Source: Haliotis cracherodii (Eukaryota). Taken from it: a DNA stretch of 64,000 nucleotides. Below are positions 1 through 11,486 of the stretch, piece after piece. Below the pieces are notes generated by a model. It saw only the letters and a program-made list of their open reading frames with translations. It had not been told where the DNA came from and did no database searches. The stretch is from the NCBI RefSeq assembly GCF_022045235.1, contig NW_027266341.1, positions 58,962,001 through 59,026,000 of the forward strand, in the 5' to 3' direction. How positions within the stretch are numbered: position 1 is the first letter of the stretch; each line of letters starts with the position of its first letter. The translations under genes were made by a program, and so were the position numbers.

Positions 1-639
1 TCATTAAACAGGTACTTCAAAGTAAATGCACCATGTTTTATAACATACACCTTCAATCCCCACTTTATGACTTGTTAAAATCCTGTCTACTCCATGTATT
101 AACCATAGTATACAAAACCCAGTTCACAATAATTGGATAACTGGAGATCAAGGCCATAAAACTTACAAATATACAAAAAGGTGACTTATTAAAAAAACAC
201 CAGCTCAGTTGTTACCCCCCTTCTATCTTTTTTATTAGGGTTGTAAAACTAGGTGATTATAATGTGATCATTTGACCCAAGCCCAATTCTTGATCTCTGC
301 TGCTGGGAGCTTGGTGTATATAGTGTGTATCTACTTCAAAGGACTTAACCACTAAGGGGATTTGCTAATTATCCATTCAACTTAATATGCTGATGCTTTG
401 ATCTGAGCTTGGGCAATACAGGTGCAAAGGTGTGTGCAATCAACCCTTTCAGGATTTTGAGTGGAGAGAGCCTTTCTGTAACTTGCAAAGTTCTCATTGG
501 CTGGTTAGATCACCGTGTATTGACAAGGAAGGAACTAAAAGGGTGGAAGGTCCATGTTGGTCATCATTCATTCCTGGAAATAGCAAGAGTTACACATAGT
601 TGACTCACTAAGCAAAACCTTTACAAAGCAGTGTAGTCA

Positions 640-712
640 GTTGGATAGCTGATACCTAGTGTTGGATAACTGATACCAAGTGTTGGATAACCGATACCTA
701 TCTTTGGATAAC
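640..712. repeat. 21-bp minisatellite, ~3.5 copies
   Basis: gttggatagctgatacctagt / gttggataactgataccaagt / gttggataaccgatacctatc / tttggataac in tandem. Confidence 0.8.
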
Positions 713-1889
713 AGCTCCTGTGTTGTATAGCCATGAGAGTCATTGCAGACTGGGAAGGTAAACTTTCGTTTTTTCATTTTTTCAATTTTCAAAATTTTCA
801 AAACAATAACCTGTTCTTCTGAAATGACAGATTTTCAATTTTTCTACACACAATATACTTTTAATGGCCTTATTCTAACTATTTATTAAGCATGGTTAGC
901 TTTAATTAAAATAATGTTTATGGCCTGCACTAATTGATACCTGCACTTACTCAATTATTTTAATTATTATATAAACTATTGTAATCAGTTTACACATTAT
1001 GAAGTAACCACATTATACTCTTCAAAACAAGTTAATGGAATCCTCAAAATATTTAAATACTCTTAAGACATGAATTGAGAAATAGTTAGTTTAAAGAATT
1101 GTTGTACAAACATCACAAGATGATAAGAAAACTTTGAGTACAGCTTAACAATGGCATGAGAAGGATGTTGGTGTGAGGGATTTATCTAGGTATCACCTGA
1201 GACAGGTGTGAGGCAAGGTGAGATGGATTTAACAGGTGCTTGTATGGATTTAGATTATCTCAACACAGTGAATAAAGAACAGGTATCAGGATCATAGATA
1301 ATACAACACTGACCCTTATGGGATAACCTAGTGATATGTCTAAACTGTTAATTATTATGTAAACATCTATTGTATTATGTATTCTATTATGCATAATCTT
1401 ATATTCCAAAAGTCATGCACACCTGCATTAAGGAATCTAATTTTTGTTCACCAAACGCATAATGAAAAATGGTCAGAATAAAATTTGTCATGCATCTATA
1501 ATGCATATTGTCACAATGGTCAGTAAACCCTAGCATGTGTCTCTAGCAAGCTTGACCTCAGCTGACTGTCCAGTGTCTGCACTCTGTAAGCAGTAATGTA
1601 TAACAGCTTAGTGACACTCCTAAACAGTTTTCAGCACATTCAAATTCACAAATTGATACTCCTCAATCCCCATGCCACCTTGCTCATGTGAGAGATTTCT
1701 ATGCCATTTAATTGAATTAGATCACCTATTGAATTTGACAATGAGTGAGTGATTCAACTGATTTGTTTATACAAACAAAAACAAGGTATTGTTTCTTACC
1801 TGACTCAATTTGTTTAAACAAACACCTTGGTATGAGGTCTTGCCCCAGCCAACCAGAGCCAAGCTCTTAACAAGCTTCTATTGTTCCAG

Positions 1890-1966
1890 CCATATTTGGC
1901 AGGAACTGATTGCACTTTTGACACTTACAGCCTATAAATAAGCAGGGTGGAAGCTTGTAGATCAGT
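1890..1966 (+). promoter_or_regulatory. Core promoter of the Ser-rich gene: CArG box, TATA box, Inr
   Basis: CCATATTTGG (CC[A/T]6GG) at 1890-1899; TATAAATA at 1933-1940; TCAGT initiator at 1962-1966, with its A 31 nt downstream of the TATA start; first ATG at 2024. Confidence 0.7.
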
Positions 1967-2023
1967 ACAGTGTTGCCTGATACAATTAACTACTTGTATT
2001 TTGGAATTTTCTGTGACCTGGAT

Positions 2024-5000
2024 ATGATTATGATGGCAAGGAGTACCGAAAGAATACTAGCTCAACTTGAAGGTAAACTATTTAAATTTGAATATGATCT
2101 TGAATTAATGTAAAAAATCAATTAAATCAAATAAATTCAATTTATTGTAAATTTGAAACTGATTCATTTAAAATCTACCTGGAATTTGAGGTAGAAGTAA
2201 AATTTCATCTAATTATGCATATCATCTAATAGGTTTCAAATTAGGATAATAGTAAGGCTGTAGTTGTAACATTAGTTGCCATTGATACCTGTCTTTAGGG
2301 GGATAATTATAGAACATCTGAGTTGCCCCTTCTGTAGTGCTCTAGTTTGCCCCTTCAATGTCAGCTGTCTGTTAATCACCCATAATAGTCGGTCATAGGG
2401 TGAGTGCAAGGCCCCAATTCAGTCGGTCTAATTTTGGTTTCATCACATCTGTTAAAACCAGTAGCATCTGCTCATTAGTATTAAATTTGGACATTGCTGT
2501 TAGGAATTGATTTTTCAAGTGGTTTCACAGGATGCCAGTTTATTTTGATTTCATTTTAAATTTTGAACAAATATGAGTGCTGTTTGACACACAATATTTT
2601 AATATTGTGGTGTTATTTCTTCAAACAAATGTTAGCATAATAATGTTACAATAATTCACTTTTTGAAAATTTATTGTTTTCTCTAACAAATTTGAGTATG
2701 AGATAGTGTTTGATTTACAATATGTAAACAGCCCCAAGTTGGTAGTATAATTAATAGACAGAGATTAGCACTGACAGTGAAATGTTGTTTGAAGTGGAGA
2801 ATACATGAAATATACAATGTCTGATTAGATGATGGAAACAAAAAGTGGTATCAACATGAAAGAGTCAGATTGTTCTTCCTGCTTGATAACATGTCATTTT
2901 CTTGTTGATGTCATGGTGGGTTGTTTAAGAATTTATGACATCGCTAATCCCAGAGCCAGCCGTGAGTAATCCCCGGTAGATAACCCAGGTAGACACAGTT
3001 TGTAAATTACAGATCACACTAATCCACCCTGAACTAAAGACAGTGAAAAACACTGAGAAAATCAAAGCATTGAATGAAAGATAATCAATTAGTGTTGTAC
3101 AATGGGAGAGTTAGTTTCAGTGTCACGGATCTGTATACAGCAGATTGCAACACAATAGGTTAATTGCCTGGGCTCAACCTCCAGACAGCATGGTGAGATA
3201 TATAGACAGCCAAGTGGCATCCCACTCACATTTAAGGCAAGAAGGTGATGCTGCTCACATCAGTCTAACTCGGGCTTGGATCTACCTGTGGTTTTTACCT
3301 ATTTTCACCTGTCCTCCACACCTATGCTGGTTAGCATGTTAATTATGGGGGAATGTGTTGGACTTGTCAGCTCTCACCTGAACCCCGGGATTGTACAAGG
3401 TATATGTATACTTACACCTGCTCTGTAATTGATGGCTGGAGGTTTACAAGGTGTTATGTTATTCTAGAAGGGATTTTACTATCGCCAATTATGTTGTTAC
3501 CTTCACAGGTTTGTGTTGAAATGACAATTATTGGTGCAAGTTTTTACTGGGTCAGCATGTATCTTTGCTCATTTGCAAGTTTGACTTTCCACGAGCAGGT
3601 CATACAAACAAACGAGTGTGGCACATTTATTACTTTGTACTTATAGGCTTACGTTTATTGCAGATTGGTTAGAGTGCACCATGGACACCGATGCCAGCAT
3701 CAATGACCACATGACCTCGGACGAGATGTACATGCAGCTTCAAGCTGATATGGTAAGTCAAATTATCTGTTTTCATGGTATTCTGGCTGAATTTGCATCA
3801 TAAAACTTCCATCACCATCACCATTTCTTGGTCAAAGGGGGGTAACTCTTGATATACATTTTAAGGCTCTTCGATCACTACCCAAGGTCAGTCGCCTGTG
3901 TTGAGTTACTGTTGACTCAAGCAAGTGTTTGCTTGCTTGTGTCACAATGGTCCATTCATCATTTCAACAATGTATCAGGTAGAGTGAATTGCTGTTTGAA
4001 CAGGGTGTATCTATCTGCTTTGTATTGTAGCCTGTCCTTGGTAAATGCAATTTCCTGCTGTACAAAGAGTGATTCCACATTTCATTAAATGCTTCATGAT
4101 TTTCCCATCAGTGGATTTTAAAAACTTTCTAGACTAGGTGTCATCTCTGCATGGTTTCCAATATAAACAATTTGGGTAGGTTTTAAAGGCAAATGGTTAT
4201 ATAATTTGCAGCTCTTTCCCTGTCTCACCCTTTGATAAATTTATAACAACAGACTGCATTGTCTCAAAACTCATATTTTCCGACTTTAATGTTTTCTAAC
4301 TCAATCAAATTTCACTGCCCTGAAGAGATATTCAGAAAGGATTACCAAAATAAATTGACATAAACTTGCTAATTTCTAGAGGACATATCATCAAAGGATG
4401 AGAATTAATTACAGGGAATTTCTCCTGGGAACCATGCCTCTGTATACTTTTCCCTTTACAAAGTTAGTTTTAACAGTTTAGCTAAAACCTGTAATCAACT
4501 TGGGAGTTATTGTTTGAAAGCCTCCCCTCCCTGGCCTGTGAGAGGCTATACAGAAAGCAGGGCCCTGGTCACTACAAAGGTCCCCCACATCTGTCTGGCC
4601 TCCCAGCTTGACCACTCTCACATAATTAGCACACTGTAACATTCTGTCTCCTGACAGGGGCACTGTTTAGGATGAACATTTCCAATTCTCAAATGTGTTT
4701 TCCAACTTCCACATATCAGTCCTTAAATTGTCCTTTGTGGATAATTCAGAAAAAATAATTCTAAAACCAAGGCCCCAGAAGGTTGAAACAGTTTGTAATC
4801 AGTCAAGCAGAACTCCCCACCCCATGAGGGCCCCAGTGGTATAATGAGCAGGGGGCATCTGATTTGCATGTGTATAGCCCTATTGGTCAGTATGAGCTAA
4901 TCAGGATGGCATTGTGAGTTGCACTCAGGCCTGGGCTGTGCAGTGGTCAGTTGCAGAGGCCAGACATAGTGATCTCAACATTATGTACTGTCTGTACCTT

Positions 5001-8000
5001 AAATGGAACACAGGGGAAGTTTGAGCAACAGTTTTCTTCATTTGGATTTTACCTTTGTGACTGGATGTACGAGCTGAGGACTGTGATATTGTGTTCAGGA
5101 AACTGATGACCAATTGGGTCTGTGGGATCAACTGTATATATTCCTTCTGAGCCAGGCTGGGCATTCTTTCTTCTAGCTGTAAGTGTTTCAACAGTGTTGT
5201 ACCTAGATCTGGAAATGGTTTACAGAATTTGTAAGGTAATTGTGATAGAGGGTTGGTGATGGTGGTGACAAGGGATGGCAGCCATCTTATCTGTTTACAA
5301 CTCATCCAAAATGGCTGCCATTCTTTGTTGGTCTCATGTAATGTTATGATGCAGCTTCAGCCTATTTTCTGTTCATTCTTTTTAACATTTCTGTTTCAGT
5401 ATTTTATTTTACTTATTTAGTGTTTTTTGTTGATGCAAAAAATTGTGTATTTGTCAACTAGGACATTTTGTAATTATATTTGCATTTCTTTCTTAAATTC
5501 CTCAGATAAATAAAATCTAAATAATTTTTTTTATTTTCAACAATTCCCTTTGATGTTCAGTGGCCAGAAAGTTCAGTTTTCCCATTAAACTTGCCCTGTC
5601 CAGTCTATTGTAAGGGGTCCACTCGACAATGACATAACCAGCCACTGAAAAAGCATTAGGATTCATGTAGAGAGCCTGTCAGACTGGACTGAGAGGCAAT
5701 AAATCTTGCAGTAGCTGCTTCAGGCTCTTTAACCCTTTACATGCCTATGTCCCCCTTCAGATAAGCACCCCTCAAACCATAGTTGCATTTATGGCCCCAT
5801 TTTACAACCATGTAACCCTGGAAACCAGCCCCAGTCTGACCATGATGTCTGATATACACAATGATAAGATTAAACAGGTCACTGCACAATACTGGCAGGC
5901 CTAATTAAGATTTCTATTTCTTTAAAACCATTTAGACAATTCATTTTATCAAGTAAAAAAGTATTTTTAGAATATTTAAAAGGTAATACAATTTAAATAT
6001 ATAATATTACATAGGTATTTTTCAACGAAATAATAAATTATTTTCCTACTTTTGACATCTAACCAAGTTTTCCAAATTACTGCCACACTTGTTTTGATGC
6101 CATGTTTGACACACACAAACATGTCCAATGAGGGAACAAATGGTAATACTAGGGGCTAATTGGTGACAAGTGGCCTAGAACTGCAACTTGTCAATGGCAC
6201 ACTTAGCACAATGTCCCAGGGTTAAAGACAAAAGAATAGAATCCCCTAATCAGCAGCAAACAAACCCCTGACAGGGCCAGGCTTACATTGTTTAACCCAG
6301 ACAGTATGGCTGCAGGTAGAAAAACATAGGCCTTAGAATAACTCCCTGTCATTGTCCAAGCTTGGACCAATCACACTGTAGTTTTAGTCTGATTAGCACA
6401 GCAAACAGGTTATTGTACACAGGGGATATAATCGGCTGAATTGCCCTGGGTTAGTTTATTTGCCATAACCTTTGGCCATAGGTAAATATTCCCTTAGCTG
6501 TCAAAAGTATAGAATAACATTTAGGTCCCAAGGTCATAAGTAATTGGATTTCAGGGAGTTATGGTAGGAATGGAACTGGTTGTGGTTCTCCTTTAATTAT
6601 TTGATATGAATTAGTTTGTTTTAAACCTATGACATTTGTTGACCTGTTTACTTATTTATTTTTTCTTGATTTCCAGGTAAACATCAAAGCTCAGGAGCAA
6701 GCCCTCCAGTCTGAGATCAGCAACATTAAGTCGAAGTTCACAAATCTGCTCCAGACCTGCGGCCTGGAAGATGAGTTTCCTGTTGATGACAACGTGAAGA
6801 TGTCCACACCAAGAAGGCCAACACTAGCCAACGATGGAACTCCAAGACGCACCAACTTCAACTATGCTGACTTCCTGATAGAACAGCTCCTTGCTGGAAA
6901 TACCCTAACAGACTCTGATCTCTCCATCAGCCCTGAAGACACAAGAAACTCGGCGGAAGTTGAACCTGAGAACCTGAACCATGTTGACTCTTGCAACCTC
7001 CTCAGTGCCAGCACAGCAGCAGTGCCCAACCAGAATGTGTTCCACACAGACAATCACCATGTCACCGTTGCTTCAAACGTGCTCCGCCAGGTCATGCCGA
7101 ACAACATCGATGTCACCACATCCGAGAATGGAGTTGCTACTTCCTCAGACTCTTACCCCCAGTCCTCCTCAGACTCCTCGGATAACCAGGTTGTGCCTGA
7201 TCTTGACCGTGAGAAGGACCTGGATTCTCGCAGGCATTATTATTCAGACTTTACTATTGACAGACAGAGGAAGATCAACCAGCTTCTTATCCAGCTCAAG
7301 CAGAACAACAACACCACCCTCCTCAGCAGGCCAGAGGTTTTCCCAGGCGGTGACAGCTCCGAGCGACTTGTTGAGGGAGCTGAACAGCAAGTGTCCTTCC
7401 GCAAGGTCATGATCAACAGGCGTACCTCCACTGCCAGTTCCAGGTCCAGCGGTACTGACTCGGCCTCTGCATCCAGCACCATGAAGAAATCCAGTCGATC
7501 CACAAGTCGCCGCAATAAGACATCTTCATCTCGGACAATTAGTCACCCACTGATGTCCTCGACCATGATCTCCGACCCCTCCATTGCCATGCCCAGCAGT
7601 AGCTCCAACTCCAGCGTCTACACCTGGTCCATTGATGAGAACTCCGATCCAGCCGACCTCCAGGGCTCCTACATGAGGAGTAGACACAGCCAGCACAAGT
7701 CTCACAGAATCCGCAAGTCGACTTCCAGCACACCCCGAGTGTCTACTGAGCGCAAGCGACGTCACCACCGTCATCGTGAGGCCCCATCTCTCCACCTCAC
7801 CCACATGGTTTCCACCATCGAGACATCCAGCTGCAGCAACCGAGTCTTCGCAGAGAACAACTGTGAGAAACTACCCCGCACCAGTACCAAGACACAGTTG
7901 CCCATCATCAATAACTCTTCCTGGGAGAAGGCCCCCATCCACTCTACATCAGGTGCCGAGTTCTTCAGCATCCAGCCCTCTGATGTCGATGACACTCTGG

Positions 8001-8641
8001 ACTCCTCCCCTCTCCAGGAACGACTTGATCTTCCCGGGAAGTCCAGCTCCAGTGGTAGCAGTGCTGGCGGCCTCATCAACCCCAGCAATACCATGCAACA
8101 AAGTGCTCTGACAACAACAGACTATACCCGTGTGTCTTCCCTGGTGGACTCTTCTCTCATCGACACCGTCCTCACAGACAGCCCAGCCGACTCTGTCAAC
8201 AGCAGTGGCCTCTACGCTCCCTGCAACTCTCCCCGCTACAGCAGCGTCGGCTCTCACTGTGGCTACACCACCGTCAGCAGCAGCGTACCCTCAACTTCCA
8301 GCAACGAGTACAGAGCACCACTGCCGACACCCGCCACAGTCAGACCTGAAGACTCCATCTTCAAGATCCCCCACAGTCCTATTGGGAAGAAGAGGTCATC
8401 GAAGAAGAGCGTGAGCCACAGCCCCAGTGTCCGTACCTCAACACCCCGCCCCCCCTACTCCGGGGGATCAGTCCGCAGTGAGCCTGTCATGAGGAGGAAG
8501 CTGTTCTCTACCGGAGCAGTCGGTGCCACTGAGCACAAGATCTTGGACAAGAAGGCATTGGTCCGCAAGTTCAAGAAGTTCAGTCATCACTTTCACAAGA
8601 GCGACAAGTCGAACAAGATCAAGACCCTCGCCCAGTTGTAA
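2024..8641 (+). CDS. Uncharacterised ~700-aa Ser/Thr-rich, mostly disordered protein (3 coding exons)
   Basis: Exons 2024-2072 (ATG...GAAG|gtaaac, phase 1), 3664-3752 (ttgcag|ATTGG...GATATG|gtaagt, phase 0) and 6677-8641 (ttccag|GTAAAC...TAA). Phases join into one 2103-nt frame: MIMMARSTERILAQLEDWLECTMDT...KIKTLAQL. The 1965-nt open, C-rich exon stands out from the AT-rich flanks. AATAAA at 9039-9044. Confidence 0.85.
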
Positions 8642-9038
8642 ACTGAACAATTTGTGCTCCTGGTTTTAATAGTGCGAATGTGATGTTCACTTGTACAGGA
8701 CATTTGTGAATAGTGTGGTTGTGAGGACAATAGAAGCTGTGGCTTCGAGGTTGTGATTACAAAGAAATTGACTTTGTGTAAATGTTGTGAATAACCATCG
8801 GTGATATTACTTTTCCTGCAATTCCCAGACTCTTTCATTACAATTCCACATTATCATTCAAAACCACAATTACTGTCATTCCCAGTGCAATACAGATTTC
8901 CATGCATACCAAACAGATTCTTGCTCATTGTATAGTGTAAATATGTACATATGTCAGATGAATGCTATTTATTTTCTTGTCAAGAACACAAGAACAGTGC
9001 TACAATATTTTTGATTTCTAGTCAATCAAAATGTCATG

Positions 9039-9044
9039 AATAAA
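9039..9044 (+). terminator. Polyadenylation signal of the Ser-rich gene
   Basis: AATAAA ~400 nt after the stop, followed by a T/GT-rich tract (ttctctttgttttg). Confidence 0.6.
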
Positions 9045-9319
9045 TACAAATCAATTCAAACCATTCTCTTTGTTTTGCTATAATACTTTGGGTGACCAGC
9101 TAATAATTGTCTTTAGATGAAATTTCCATCTTCAATTTCACAATGCTGGTTTTCTAATATCAGTTGGTGTAGTGCCCACTGTGGTCGACTGTAAATAGTC
9201 CTTGGTGGACAAACAAAAGCATGAGTCATGGACCCTGTCATTTGGACAATCTGCCAAACCTCAAGAGGATTGAATACACAATGCCATTTAGAAAGAGGTC
9301 AAATGTAACAAATGTTATA

Positions 9320-9472
9320 TTTGGGATATCACTTTCTTAGTAACAATGTACAGATTCTCATACTTTTTTGGGTTGAGTCCCGTCTGGAATTCGAACCCAT
9401 ACTTGCCAGAGTGAGGCACCTAATCGCCAACGCAGCGATCAGCGATCTAACCCACTCAGCCACCGAGGCTTC
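9320..9472 (-). mobile_element. tRNA-headed SINE (short family E)
   Basis: Minus strand has A-box-like GGTGGCTGAGTGGGTTAG and B-box GGTTCGAATTCC, followed by non-tRNA sequence. Confidence 0.55.
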
Positions 9473-11332
9473 CACAAAATGGAAGTCCGACAACTGGTAG
9501 TCCATAGGGGATTCACATACAACATACAAAGCTGTTAACATTACAAGAGTTTGAAGCAATGTAAAAGTTTCGTCTCTGCAGGAGACATTCATGTTGCCTT
9601 GTGGGTGCAGTCAAGGGCATACAATGTGGTAAATCTAGTTATTTTAAGATAATTGTTATTTTTCAACCACTGACATCGTAAGAACAAAACAATTCTGTAA
9701 ACCAAATACAAACTGCCTATTATATTCACCAGCCCCTACTTTCAAACACGACCTACAAATGCAGTAAACTCCATCCACATCTGACTGAACTATTTATTCA
9801 AACCTACTACAATATCATTAGCATCTATTTCAAATCCCACAATGCTGTAAGGCATTTAAACAAACACACCCAAAACTTGCAAGAACCAAAATGAAAGTAC
9901 CTAATGAAATTACAGAATTAATTTAGCCCATTTCTTCCTCAAGAGCCCTTGAAACCACCTTAGATTTACTTCAAAAGTCCCAGCACCCATCTCAACAGCC
10001 TCCAATCCCCTTCACCCTTTCAGAACCAACTTGCCTGAAGCAAACAAGACAGCCTGATCCAACTTTACCTAATCCTGACACAATGCTAATTCCAACTTCC
10101 CCTGGCCCAACAATAGCCCCACTAGTTTTCTACCAGGCACACAATGAGCTCTCATCTTCCTATAGGCGTTACAATAGGGGCTGGGGGTGCCTGTAGATGG
10201 CAGTACAATAGGGGACTGTCCACAATAAAACTTCCTGTACCTGACAGTGATGAAACTTGCACTGTCACCAGTGTTGTAGATGTGCCACTATCCTGCACGC
10301 CTGACTGTTACACTGAACCCCTACAATGGTATGACATGGTTTGGTTGTTGGGTAACAGGACTGTCTGAATCAGCTCCCTAGTCTGGCTTTCATCTCCTGG
10401 TAGATAAGCTAATCTTGTAGTCTCCTGCTTGAACGCAAACATGTGCTGTGTAACTTGCTAAATTGGAGTTGATAATGTCCATGGTTTTCTTTGAAGCAGT
10501 TTTGCACACAAAGGAATTACTCATGTTAGTTGGGTCATGGTTGATAAATGTTTGAAATCTTTCACACATTTGAAGGTGAGATGATGGCACAGACACACTA
10601 ACCAGTGCAGATGCAGCATGCAGCGGCCATAGCTACAATACATACACAAAGAGGGGCACTACTCCACAAAGCCTGAGATGAAATTCATTACAGGCTATCT
10701 GTTTTCTAAACCAAATGTACCTGATACATAAATCATAGGTTTGAAAGAAGCTTTGGGCTAGTTGGCTATAACTGAGTGTTGGAAATTGGCCCTCATCCTA
10801 TCATCCTTACCAAACTGCCCAATAGTTAGGGATGATAAGGACTAGTAGAAATTAGCCATTTTTAAGGGTTTTGCTATGTTAGCATTATGAGGACTGGTGG
10901 TCTAAAGTGTTGGTTTCTAGTGCTGATAACTCATTGTGTCTTGTACTGCAAATGCAGACATTGAAGCCGGAAAACGCGTTCCTCTTTGCTTGCTAAAATA
11001 TATATATTAGGGGAGTAACCATTGATGAATGCCATTGTCCAGAGTCAAAACATCCACGGCCATTCAAGATCAATAGCTACCCATGGATTTACACTTGTGA
11101 TAGTATTGATGATAACAATAAGAGAAATTACTGCAAATCATTTACTTTTGTATTCAATCCAAAACACATTGCAATAGTTGTACAAGTATAGCAGCAGCAT
11201 ATCACGGTCAGCTTATCATGGCAATAATACTGTGAAATTGATAGCCCCCTAATATCCTGATATCCCATTGAGAAGCAATGCAATAAGAATACAGATTAAG
11301 ATCTGTATCATATTTACAGCAAACACAATGAA

Positions 11333-11486
11333 TACAGAGTAGACACAATTTATGGATAACAACTTCTTTATTTACTGAAAATAGATCCTTATACCACTGC
11401 TTAACAACGGTACAAGGATCTATTCCAAAACATCGTCTTTACAGTAAATATAGCAGTTGTCATCCAAAAATTGGGTCTACTTTGTC
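11333..11486. repeat. Degenerate long inverted repeat (hairpin MITE remnant)
   Basis: cagagtagacacaatttatggataacaact...tttactg pairs with cagtaaa...agttgtcatccaaaaattgggtctactttg. Confidence 0.5.

Noticed and set aside
4925-5305. 126-aa minus-strand ORF in intron 2 of the orphan gene
   Set aside because: No recognisable motif or coding-like composition; not MRPL28-like
6629-6676. ORF-track N-terminus MTFVDLFTYLFFLDFQ as a signal or TM peptide
   Set aside because: It is the polypyrimidine tract and acceptor; upstream exons supply an in-phase start
6862-8650. Overlapping and antisense ORFs inside the large exon
   Set aside because: Expected shadows of a long GC-richer coding exon; no motifs or splice support
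9430-9475. VAEWVR as the missing MRPL28 terminal exon
   Set aside because: Lies in a SINE A box, lacks the GL/EA/KQ continuation and has no fitting acceptor
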